A stretch of 63,151 nucleotides of DNA, filler included, from Hausera hauseri (lineage: Eukaryota): NCBI GenBank assembly GCA_046269625.1. It is 9 parts of 9 records of this genome, joined end to end, with 100 filler letters (N's around TTAATTAATTAA, not from the genome) between each part and the next. Parts side by side here need not be neighbours in the genome. Positions count along the whole stretch, not along the records: positions 17,317 to 23,286 come from JBJURY010160089.1; positions 23,387 to 29,362 come from JBJURY010159422.1; positions 29,463 to 37,012 come from JBJURY010007234.1; 6 more parts are not named here. The stretch is one strand, 5' to 3'. How positions within the stretch are numbered: the first letter of the stretch is position 1; each line of letters begins with the position of its first letter. Shown here in pieces: positions 20,301 through 31,770 of this stretch. The notes under the pieces were generated by a model, which saw nothing but the letters and a program-made list of their open reading frames with translations, was not told where the DNA came from and did no database searches. Position numbers and translations under genes: made by a program.

Positions 20301-23286
20301 GTCATTAGGGTAAGTTCGAATATGCAGGTGTTCGAAACTGGCTGTCTCCAAAATTTTTTTCGACTCAACTCATTGCGGTGCGGCCTAGTGGGCAGGTGTT
20401 CGAAAATGGCTGTCTACAAAATATTTTCCGACTCAACTCATTGCGGTGAGTCTTAATAAGCAGGACACCGAAATTGTCTGTCTCCAAAATGTATACCGAC
20501 TCAACTCATTGCGCTGAGGCTGAATATGCAGGTGTTCGAAACTGACTGTGGCCAAAATTTTTTCCGACTCAACTCGTTGCGGTGAATCCGAATATGCAGA
20601 TGTCTGGAACTGGTTGCCTCCACAATTTTATCCGACTCAAATCATTGCGGTGAGGCTGAATATGCAGGACTCCGAAATTGCCTGTCTCCAAAATTTCTTC
20701 AGACTCAACTGACTGCGCAAAATACGAATATGCAGATGTCCGGAACTGGTTGTCTCCATAATTTTTTCGACTGATGCCATTGGTGTGAGTCAGAATATGC
20801 AAGTGTTCGAAACTGGCTGTCTCCAAAATTTTTTCCGACTCAACTCATTGCGGTGAATGGGAATATGCAGGTTTCCGGAACTGGTTGTCTCCATAATTTT
20901 ATCCGACTCAACTCACTGCGGTGAGGCTGAATACGCAGGTTTCCGGAACTGGTTGTCTCCAAAATTTTATCGGCCTCAATACATTTCGGAGTGTACAAAT
21001 AACCGGCTGTTCGAAACTGGCACTCTGATTAATTTTTTCCGACTCAAATGATTGCGGTGAGTCCAAATATGCTGATGGCCGAAACTGGTTGTCTCCATAA
21101 TTTTTCCGACTGAAGCCATTTGTGTGAGTCCGAATATGCAAATGTTCGAAACTGGCAGTGTCCAAAATTTTTTTCGACTCAACTGATTGCGGTGAGTCCG
21201 AATATGCAGATGTTCAAAACTGGCTCTCTCCAAAATTATTTTGGACTAAACTCATTGCGGTGAGGCTGAATACGCAGGACTTCGAAACTGGCTGTCTCCA
21301 AAATTTTTTCAGACTCAACTCATTGCGGCGCATGCGAATAAGCAGGTGTCCGTAACTGTTTGTTTCCAAAATTTTATCCGACACAATTCATTGTGCTGAG
21401 GCTGAATATTCAGGAATTCGAAACTGGCTGTCTCCAAAATTTTTTCCGACTCAACTCACTGCGGTGAATCCGAATAAGCAGGTGTCCGTAACGGTTTGTC
21501 TCCATAATTTTATCCGACTCTATTCATTGCGCTGAGGTTGAATAAGCAAGAATTCCAAACTGGTTGTCTCCATAATTTTTTCGACTGAAGCCATTGCTGT
21601 GAGTCCGAATATGCAGGTGTTCGAAACTGGCTGTGTCCAAAATTTTTTCCGATTCAACTCATTGCGGTGAATCAGAATAACCAGGTGTCCGAAACTGGTT
21701 GTCTCCAAAATTTTTTCATACTCAACTCCTTGCGGTGAATCCGAATATGCTAATGGCCGGAACTAATTGTCTCCATAATTATTCCCGACTGAAGTCATTG
21801 AGGTGAGTCCGAATATGCAGGTGTTCGAAACTGCCTGCCTCCAAAATTTTTTTCGATTCAACTCCTTGCGGTGAATCCGAATATGCCGTTGTTCGAAACT
21901 GGCTGTCTCCAAAATTTTTTCCGACTCAACTCATTGCGGTGAATCCGAATATGCAGATGTCCGGAACTGGTTGCCTAAATAATTTTATCCGAGTAAACTC
22001 ATTGCGGTGAATACGAATATGCATATGTCCGGAACTGGTTGTCTCCATAATTTTTTCGACTGAAGCCATTGATGTGAGTCCGACAATGCACGTGTTCGAA
22101 ACCGGCTGCTTCCAAAATTTTATTCGACTCAACTCATTGCGGTTAGTCCGAATAAGCAGGTGTCCGTAACTGGTTGGCTCCAAAATTTTGTCGCTTCAAC
22201 ACATTGCGGTGAAGCCGAATATGCAGACGTCCGGAACTGGTTGTCTCCATAAGTTTTTCGACTGAAGCCATTGGTGTGAGTCCGAATATGTAGGTGTTCG
22301 AAACTGGCTATTTCCAAAATTTTTTTCGACTCAACTCATTGCGGTGAGTCCGAATATGCAGGTGTTCGAAACTGGCTGTCTCCAAAATTATTTCTCACTC
22401 AACTCATTGCGGTGAATCCGAATAAGCAGGTGTCCGGAAGTGCTTGTCTCCAAAATTTTTTCCTACTCAACTCCTTGCGGTGAATCCGAATATGCAGATG
22501 TCCGGAACTGGTTGCCTCCACAATTTTATCCGACTTAACTTATTTCGGTGATGCCGAATATGCAGATGTCCGGAAGTGGTTGCCTCCACAATTTTATCCG
22601 ACTCAACTCATTACGGTGACGGTGAATATGCAGGGCTCCGAAACTGGCTGTCTCCAAAATTTTTTCCAACTTAAATCATTGCGGTGAATGCGAATATGCA
22701 GATGTTCGGATTTGGTTGTTTTCATAATTTTTTCGACTGAAGCCATTGGTATGAGTCCGAATATGTATGTGTTCGTAACTGGATGTCTCCAAAATTTTCT
22801 TCGACTCAACTCATTGCGGTGAGTCTTAATAAGCAGGACGCCGAAATTGTCTGTCTCCAAAATGTATACCGACTCAACTCATTGCGCTGAGGCTGAATAT
22901 GCAGGTGTTCAAAACTGACTGTGGCCAAAATTTTTTCCGACTCAACTCGTTGCGGTGAATCCGAATATGCAGATGTCTGGAACTGGTTGCCTCCACAATT
23001 TTATCCGACTCAAATCATTGCGGTGAGGCTGAATATGCAGGACTCCGAAATTGCCTGTCTCCAAAATTTCTTCAGACTCAACTGACTGCGCAAAATACGA
23101 ATATGCAGATGTCCGGAACTGGTTGTCTCCATAATTTTTTCGACTGATGCCATTGGTGTGAGTCAGAATATGCAAGTGTTCGAAACTGGCTGTCTCCAAA
23201 ATTTTTTCCGACTCAACTCATTGCGGTGAATGGGAATATGCAGGTTTCCGGAACTGGTTGTCTCCATAATTTTATCCGACTCAACT
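17317..23286. repeat. Tandem satellite, ~68-bp (67-69) monomer, roughly 88 copies, fills the whole contig
   Basis: Consensus ~CATTGCGGTGAATCCGAATATGCAGGTGTTCGAAACTGGCTGTCTCCAAAATTTTTTCCGACTCAACT; period 68 (17317, 17385, 17453). Confidence 0.98.
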
Positions 23287-23386
23287 NNNNNNNNNNNNNN
23301 NNNNNNNNNNNNNNNNNNNNNNNNNNNNNNTTAATTAATTAANNNNNNNNNNNNNNNNNNNNNNNNNNNNNNNNNNNNNNNNNNNN
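23287..23386. other. Artificial contig linker
   Basis: 44N-TTAATTAATTAA-44N. Confidence 0.99.
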
Positions 23387-23667
23387 GTACCGTTGCCATT
23401 AATTAAATTTAAACATCGACTCATGAAATAATCAAATGAAACTGAACTGAATCTTAATGAATCAACGAAGAACAATCTTCATTTCAAATTGTCCGAGTTT
23501 TATCGTCCATTGAATGAAATAGAGATTTATTCAACTGATTATGTATTCAATTTGGTTAGGGCAAGTCGACAAGATTTGCTGCTGGAGATCATGCAATCTA
23601 AACAATCGTGGAAAATATTCAACAATTCCATAATGCGCAGTCGAACAATGCAAAGTATGCAGTGTAC

Positions 23668-23712
23668 AAATGTCCACATGTTTTGCCCGATGATATGTTG
23701 TCGGATTTGACG
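23668..23712 (-). pseudogene. Tiny Ty1/copia RNase H motif remnant
   Basis: SNPTTYHRAKHVDI resembles copia NP..H.RTKHIDI; the flanks do not look copia-like. Confidence 0.45.
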
Positions 23713-24141
23713 ACCTAGAAAATTTTTGTTTTAATAATAAAAAAATAATTGCCTTTTTTGAATTTACCTTTTCAGCCATTTTTGCTCTTACGAATTTGTT
23801 GAAATTTTTAGTCATATTTTGAACAAAATGACAAGTGAAGATTATCAAATCTAGTATTTTCTTAGTTCAGTTTCCGAGTGCCATTTTTATTGTAAGAATT
23901 GGTATTCTGCTTTGTTTGTGTCTCAATATTTTGCTATATTCTGAATATCTTCGATAATCCGTTGGATTTTATATATTTGATTTATTTATCGCATAAACAC
24001 TTGCACAATTATGGACATTTCATATTACTTATCTGATTATCAAATTCAGTATGACAAACTATATTTCGTACCAAAATACAAAACCAAAAGGAGAATCATA
24101 CCTGCGAAAACTTTAAGCAGAACTAGCTCATCTGCATCAGC

Positions 24142-24766
24142 TTGTACATGAATTACAGACCAAAAAGTGACAAAACATACTTACCTGACTCACTATTTAA
24201 CGCAAAGTTCGTGTGGTTAAAAAAACCTTCACATTCCGGATTCCAACCAAATTACTTAGGACCATTTAAAGTTCTCAACCTATGTTCACACACGGTAACA
24301 ATACCTAAAAACGACAAAGAACAAAACGTACACATAACTAACGTAAAACTCGCATTCTTTGTTAATAACACACCGGAATCTTCAGTTGAGTCTACACAAA
24401 CCTTTCTTGACTCCTTCAGTTCTTCTTCCAATCTACCTACACTACAACCTTCTACTCTAGGACTTACATCAACACTAAACGGCATACCAACCAGTTATAA
24501 ATTTGCTGAGAGGTCAAATCAAAATATAACTTTACCTCGACCAAAGCAACAAACAATCAAATAATACGTTAAACAAAACAAGACAGTTACCTTCAGTAAA
24601 TATGGCAGAGAATAAAATATAAATAAGGTTCGACGTCTTGTTCATACCAAAACTGATTATATCATATTAACTGTTCTGTTTGCAGTTTTATACTTTCATT
24701 TTGGCATTACATAATGTCATTTTGCCACGCGGGTAATGTGGTGTCGCAGTTTCGGGCGTCACCACA
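24142..24766 (+). mobile_element. Gypsy integrase C-terminus, 3' UTR and LTR start; same family as the 1.3-5.4 kb element
   Basis: KTYLPDSLFNAKFVW...QPNYLGPFKVL. 24167-24217 matches the reverse complement of 1305-1355 at 50/51 nt. Ends in TGTGGTG...CACCACA. Confidence 0.88.
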
Positions 24767-27139
24767 AGTCCTGGTTGTGCTTCGGCGCACGACGCCGCCC
24801 GACCATGGTGTTGGCCGCCTCGGTTTTTGCCTGCCGGATTTTGTTGGTTTGGCAGTCTCAATCCTACTTACCACTGAAATCACTGTTGCATTTTAAAAAA
24901 CAATTTAGTTCGAAATTTTCTGACAAATTTAAATCACAAAAGTACAAAACAGAAATTGAACTACCATGCAAAGAAATTGGATTAGATTACACTGAAATGG
25001 CAGCTGATTCCTGTGGTGCCAACAGCTGCCGGTGACCTTTGGCCCATTTGGTCGGGCACGGCCGGGCATCCGTTGTCACCGCGTCGGATTAATAGTCGGA
25101 TCCGATTCCCTGCCTTAAGAATTCAATACCGTAGCAAGTGCATCAATCGTTAGGTGCTGCCGAAGAAATTGTTTTCCAAATGTAGATATTGCGCTTTATT
25201 GGATTTCTTAATTACTCATGACTTTCAGCTAAAATGCAAATAATTCGAGCTTTCAGGGCATGACGATGAACAAATTACCAAGAGGGCTTTTGGAAATTCC
25301 TAAAGGAACTAATACTTCTCAGTCAGATAATACGGATTTTGTCACATCTGGAGAAGACAAATACGATTTTAGCACAGTACATTGCAACTTCCGGTAATTG
25401 GAAAAAGTTATAATGCGACAAGAATTGGAAGAATCTCATTTTACGTTAACTATCTGCAGTTTGAGAGACAGCATTACTCGTATAGTTGAACAAGATATGT
25501 GGAACAATTTATATTCTGGTGACTAACCACGTTCAAAAAATCATGGTTTTATCTGTATTGTGCAATGAAGTCAAAAATTTTGATATTAATTTTTGTTTGT
25601 TTGCTCAACGCAGAGAAAAGAAATTTAAGTGCTACTTCCCGAAGTATATCTCGGATTTATTTGCGAACGGTTCATCGCTGGAATATTGTGTGGTTAGAGG
25701 CCAAGAAAGTTTTATTTTTCTTATGTATATCCATTGCGTAAATAAGAGGGAGATATTAATTTATATCAGTACTCATCTGCATTTATTCGTGAATGACAAT
25801 GGGCGACGTATTAATCTGTTGGACTTATGCATATGCACAAAATGTTTTCATTCTAAAATTTGTCTGAAATTTCAATCTGTCGGTAACGATAATTTTTAAC
25901 ATATCATGTAATGGTAGATCGCCGGTCATGGATTCTGAAATTGTGAACAACAACGAACGGGTGCCTACGAACATTAGTCACGAATACTTCGGTCAGCCGT
26001 TTATATTGTGGATTATGTCACGTTTTCTGTAAACGTAAATAAAGTTTGTATACGGCGACTTGGAAATAAATGGCAATTCTGAATTATCCGATAGTGATAA
26101 ATTAAAGTTAACGGAACATCCATCCTGCCTATTGAAAAGCAATTTATTGACTACGGAAATGCCAAATTTCAGCAATTCGACGCATGTAAACATCAGTCGC
26201 TTTTCAAGTGAAACGTGTCCGTTTCCCGTTTGGATTTGTTCACGTTCGTTCGCTGTGTATCGTGTGTGATTATGGCTTTATTTGCTTGTGGTTACTGCCT
26301 ACGGAAACGCCGATCAAGGTATTCTGAATACGAGGAACATAATTAGACGGGACCAGTGTATGAAACGGATGCTCAGATGGTGCTTAATGATAATACTTAT
26401 TCACAAAACACTGTGTCTCATTGCTAATGATGTTTTGTACTTTTCTGTACATGTTACATTTAATTTTTAATTTAGTTTACATTTGTATAAAAAATATTTT
26501 TAATATTCAATAAAAAAACTTATCAACAGTTGAAATTTGAAAATTATTTTGGCCACATTGACGTTTTCACTCTTTTATAAATATTTTAATACGTCTGGAA
26601 TATTTTGATTATTTCGCTGAATCTTGGATGTTATTTTCTATTGCCAGTTTATCAGGTGGAAAGGATGAATAATTTACAGAACAATACAAAAGTTGGTTAC
26701 TATTTGACCCCGACATTTATTTCAACAGAAACTTGTCTAACATTAATTTGTATTTTGGTTTTCCTCTATTCTGTGGTGAAATTTCGAATGCGGCTATTAT
26801 GGTCCGATGTTTGGCATATGTCATCAGATATTTGCAATTTAAAAATTATAAACAACCATCTCGAAAAAATTATCGGGATCTGTACCTATCTTCCCAGAGA
26901 CAAAAAGCTAATGCTCCATGAGAAATTTCCCGTGCTTTTGGACAAAGATATGACGTGGAGTTATAGTCTGGTTGTGATGCTCACCGATACGCCGATTAAC
27001 AAACTGACACGTCGGCCTTTCACTTATCCAACTCCTTTTAAACTTAATATAGGGCAATATCCAGGGTCAGTATTATCGTCTGAACTTGATGAAGTATCTT
27101 TTCAAAATCGTTTCTCTGACTTGTAATCAACGTGTTTTT

Positions 27140-27388
27140 CTAATTTACCTCGCCATTGTTTTTCATGGTAGGCTTCAATGAATTTGCCAATTGAGGGAAA
27201 TAAAGCACTACTATACTCAATGATAGTCCTGTTAGATTGTAAATTTCATAAGCATTCAGTACGGAGTTGATATAAACTTTTAAAGTTTGTATAATGAAGT
27301 AGATTGCCAGAAACCTTGAGGATACTTGGCCAAACCTTTGAAATCCTCCCCACATTTTATACCACAAATTTGAGACAATTTTGACTGT
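27140..27388 (-). pseudogene. Chuvirus-like glycoprotein C-terminal (membrane-proximal/TM) fragment
   Basis: WYKMWGGFQRFGQVSSRFLAIYFIIQTLKVYINSVLNAYEIYNLTGLS fits the recalled W.GF..FG..S...LAI..I...K..I.....Y..Y...G.S pattern of chuviral-type glycoprotein EVEs. Confidence 0.6.
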
Positions 27389-27389
27389 T

Positions 27390-27660
27390 AGTTGGGGAAT
27401 CCGGCAACAGTCCGATCAGAAATCAGAATTAGGATAAAAAAGAGGATATATGGGAGTGTGTATGTACATAGAATGTATGTGTGTGTATATATTTGTGTGT
27501 TTGCAAAATTAAATTATATACAAGAATTGACTTTGGGAGGGCAGCGTCTGTTTGTGGGCGACATAGGTGTCTGAGTGTGAAAATATGTATAGAATATATG
27601 GTGTGTTGTGATAGCCGACATCCGAGAAACTCAATAGTCAGTTCACCAACGCATTATGTA
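27390..27660 (+). repeat. LTR-like terminal repeat beginning AGTTGGGGAATCCGG
   Basis: The 16-mer is shared with 35738-35753 (opposite strand); both are followed by TGTATA-rich sequence and AGTTCAC. Confidence 0.45.
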
Positions 27661-28950
27661 CTTTAAGCCCATGTATCGATTTAAGCATCGACTACCTCTC
27701 TGTACTTCTCACCCAGGGCTGGAGAACTGGCGACGGCCAATTAATAGTAGATCATTATAAATGATAATAATGATAATTAAAATAAAAATATCAATAAATT
27801 TAAAATTTAAAAATTATGAAAGTTAAGCTCAGTTATGATGAAAGAGTTAGATATTGAAAAATCTGTGTTAGAGGTGGTAACCAGAATAAATCTGAGAAAT
27901 TTGTGTCCTTCACATAGTAATTCAACGTGGAATCCAGAAGACATGGTATGAGGCATTATAATACAAAAATTTAAAGGACAAATGGCGATAAAATATGAAA
28001 GATTAGTGATATTAAAGAAAATAAATGCAAAACATTGTGACTGTATTATCAAGTCGCAACTTAAAATGGGAAGTTTGATTCTTACGATATATTCTCTCTT
28101 ATCTGAAGAAATACAGCGAAAATCAACGAAGTTATACTTGCGGAATACGTGTCACCAAGAGATTAGGTGTAAAGTAAACGGATGTGAGTCGTCTTTGAGG
28201 CTACGTCTCTCTCTTAGAACCCCAATTCACGTGGAATTGATGTTGCATACGGAATGTATTTTACAAGATCACCGGAATTTAATTAATTATATTTTCCATG
28301 TGACAAGTATTTTAATGTCCGCTTTCCGTAAGAGGAAAATGATGTTGTTAGAAAACACGTACATGTATGATCCGTTCATGAAACGTTTTAAGACGCAAAA
28401 TGTCGAGAATATCGAAAGTAGCCTCCGCATTGGAAAATCAAATGTAAAACCAGTTATTTGAATGCCTTGTCGAGAGTATGAGTAGCCAAGAAATCCACCG
28501 AATCTGGCTTTTAAAGAAATTGTTTATAGGATTTATATATAATTAATATCGATCTAATTTCCTGCATATTTGTGCTACAATGTGTGAAAACAGATTTAAG
28601 TTAGAAATGCAGAATGCCTAAAAACCCAACTACCAGCCATCCAACCTGCTTATTTAATTGCTCTACATGATGAAAACATAAGAAGTTCATTACAGTGACA
28701 AAATAAAGGAAAGGAAAAGAGGACAGGGTTTTTCTGATCGGTAACCTGGATTTGACATTGAATGACACTAAAAATGAGTTATACAAACAAAAGTCCTATA
28801 TTAAAAACCTTTTAGCCTGTCAATACTACCTAGAAAACATGATTTTCTAATAAAAACACAGTTAGACACACAAGGCTAACCAAATAAAGAAGTCAGGACC
28901 ACTGTTGACTAAAGAGTAATTTAGATAATGTTAAGTCGTTACTTCTACAG

Positions 28951-29030
28951 GTCATGGTGCTTAGTGGTCTCGAAGTAGGAAGTCCGCTTTAGGTGCTAGA
29001 GGTAGATGGTTTTAATCCTGGTGGAAGAAA
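28951..29030 (+). mobile_element. Degenerate tRNA-derived SINE-like head
   Basis: A-box-like TGGTGCTTAGTGG (28955) and B-box-like GGTTTTAATCC (29008) at tRNA-like spacing. Confidence 0.45.
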
Positions 29031-29126
29031 CAATTAGAGTTTTTTTTTTTTTCTCTCATGGGTATTCTGGTTAAAAATGTCCCTGTTCTCTGGGTGGTGA
29101 GATTGGACAACATTATACATACGTCG

Positions 29127-29362
29127 CATCATCATTACCACCATCATCATCAGGTACCACCCTGTGAAGCGCAGGTCGTCATGGATCTCCATCTCACTTG
29201 ATTTCTGGTGTCTCCAATCATCTCTGCTGTTGAGTTACTTCCGAGCCATTCTTTCAAACCATCCGGACACTTCATTCCCTGTTGTCCACAATATCCTGAT
29301 ATTTTGCCTGCGGTGATCCAGTTCTCAAGATCTTCTCTTCTTAAAACATTGCCAATCATAGA
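29127..29362 (-). mobile_element. RTE-clade LINE 3' end with (TGA)n tail
   Basis: GNVLRREDLENWITAGKISG...WRSM is typical of the RTE ORF C-terminus; followed by a TGATGATGGTGGTAATGATGATG tail. Confidence 0.8.
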
Positions 29363-29462
29363 NNNNNNNNNNNNNNNNNNNNNNNNNNNNNNNNNNNNNN
29401 NNNNNNTTAATTAATTAANNNNNNNNNNNNNNNNNNNNNNNNNNNNNNNNNNNNNNNNNNNN
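29363..29462. other. Artificial contig linker
   Basis: 44N-TTAATTAATTAA-44N. Confidence 0.99.
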
Positions 29463-29797
29463 GCAAATAACCCGACATGTAGGTTAAACCGGTGGATCGA
29501 AGAAATTTCACGATACAATATTGAATTTCAATATAAACCCGGAAGTAAACATGTAGATGCAGATGCTTTATCAAGACTTAAAACAAAGACAAGCGCAATT
29601 ACGACTATGAAAAGAGCTCAGCTCGAAGAACTAGTCGAACGACAACAGACCTTAACGCTAAATAAGACGATTAGAATTGCGTCAGAACAAGCTAAAGATA
29701 AAGTTATCCAACAAATAATCAAATTTGCTGAACAAGATGAGATACCAAAAGGACGTCAATTAAAGAAACACTTACAGAAACACGGACATAAATATTA
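29463..29797 (+). pseudogene. Gypsy pol fragment (RNase H end / linker)
   Basis: RLNRWIEEISRYNIEFQYKPGSKHVDADALSRL. Confidence 0.85.
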
Positions 29798-30069
29798 TGC
29801 ATCAAATCCAGTCATTTTTATAGTATCAATTTTATTATTATTATCTAATACAATACGTCCGTTTTCAATGACATTTGTAAATCGGTACATTGCCATTCAT
29901 CAGTTTTTATTGGATAATTTTTATTTATAATTTTATTTTTCGCCATTTTTAGATGAGAGGGGAATAAGTAAGTTTTCATAAATTGTTATATTCGGTCTAA
30001 CAAGTTTATTACATTTTAGTTTGAATAAAATTGTCAAATATTGTCAAAAGCTGTGAAAGAAAAATAGAC

Positions 30070-31770
30070 GATGATATCGATCATTTCAATGACTATATTA
30101 GCAGTAGTGACGATGAGTTTGAATTCGGCATCTCTAATAATGAATGTGACAATAGTAGTACTCAATATGAAGAGAAGAAAAATAGCAAATATAAATTACA
30201 GTGAGGATGAAGAAGATGAATCCGATACTGCTGGTGAAAAAACAGAATCGAAGGATGTTACTGATGTTGATGACATTCCACAATGGATGCAATTCAATAC
30301 ATTTTCAAAGACCGCAGGTCCACAACTTCCAATTCACATTAAAGAGCCGTTAGAGTTTAAAGTTATTTTTCACATACGAATGAGTAGATAGTATAATAAA
30401 GGATACAAATAATTATGCTAAGCAGAAAATAAAAGTATTGGAACCTTTATCAAAGAAATCAATTAGGAAAACGTGGGAGAGTGTAGAACGGAATGAATTT
30501 TTGGCCTTCCTTGGAGTAATTTTCAATATGGGAACAATTCCTTCAGCCAACATAAAAGGATTGGTCAACCAGGAATAATACTAAGGTACCATTTATTCAA
30601 ATACATTTTCGAGAACTAAAGTTTCCGGTAATCAGAATATTAGGACTTGCATTCAAAAAGTCAGTAATTTTCTAGACTATATTGACTCAAAATACCTACA
30701 GTATTTTGTACCACATAAATATGTTTCTATTGATGAGTCAGTTGTAACATTTAAAGGGAGGATAGGTTTTATTACGTACAATCCAATAAATACTCAACAA
30801 ACTTGGGTATAAGAATATACAGAAGTGTGCAACTAAGTTTCCGGGTTTTTTTTGATAAATGAAAACTGGAAAATTTCAAAGAAATACAAAAACTAGTTTA
30901 TTCACACCATCGTCCCTCGCTAGTTCCACATTTTTGCCATCTCTCTGGCAACAAATGGATACCGCGACGATAAAACGACGCGTCTTTGGACAGAAGCCAT
31001 TCATCCAACCAATTATGCACCTCTTCGAAATTGACCAAGTATAGCCCAGCCAAGCCATGCGCCATCGACCGGAACAAATGATAATCGGAATGAGCTAGGC
31101 CTGGTAAATATGGCTGGTGCGGTAACATATGTAATTTCAGCGTTTTGATGGTGTCCTGGACGATGGTAATGCAATGGCACGGGGAGTTGTCGTGCTGCAA
31201 TATCACACGTTTGTGTCTCGTGTCCCATTCTGGCCGTTGCTGACTTACAAATAGGATACCTTTCTACAATTATACAAAATCTTCCTAGATCAGATCCCCC
31301 ATAACTACTCGTATTCCTTTGCATTTATTTAAGAAACGTCTTAATAATGTTGGCTGTCCAAAAGAGTACCATATGAATATACAGATCAATATTATACCAG
31401 TTTATCTTTGACAATTGAATTATTGAAAATGGAATGCCACCTTACAGGTACAATATCAACAAATAAAGAAGCCTAAATTTGCAAAGAAAACATAGTAGCC
31501 TGCCGGAAAAACAATACTTTACTTCTTTCATGGAAGGAAAAGAGGATTGTAACACTTCTTATTACTGGGGATGCAGCAAAAATGACGTGTACCGATGGAA
31601 TAATACGAAATGGGGAACAGGGAACAATCCATAAGCTTCAAGTAGTGTTAAACGATACCAATAATACGGATGGTATTGATCGGATTAATCACTACATAGC
31701 AAACTACGGTTCTTAAGAAAATCCCTTAAATGGTGACGGAAACTCTTCTTCTGGGGCTTGAAGTATGTGC
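30070..31770 (+). mobile_element. Decayed piggyBac (PGBD4-like) transposase
   Basis: Acidic N-terminus, FF...DSIIKDTNNYA, EFLAFLGVIFNMG, VSIDESVVTFKGR, YTSL.L...L...LTGT, DGIDR, KW.RKLFFW across several frames. Confidence 0.85.
30820..31242 (-). mobile_element. Truncated mariner (Mos1-like, DD34D) inserted in piggyBac
   Basis: ILQHDNSPCH, PYLPGLAHSDYHLFRSM, FYRRGIHLLPERWQKC; TIR-like CAGAAGTGTGCAACTAAG next to TA at 30818-30819. Confidence 0.9.

Noticed and set aside
17317-23286. CRISPR array
   Set aside because: Whole monomers are homologous, with no unique spacers and no cas genes, in a eukaryotic context.
17317-23286. Repeat-protein ORFs (METTSF..., KKFWRQPVS...)
   Set aside because: The 68-bp period is not a multiple of 3, so translations cycle through frames and hit stops.
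17317-23286. Hammerhead ribozyme or tRNA array (TGAGTCC...GGAC..GAAAC; GTTCGAAAC...CCA)
   Set aside because: The CUGANGA core is absent, stem II is inconsistent between units, and there is no cloverleaf or T-stem pairing. An Infernal scan would settle it.
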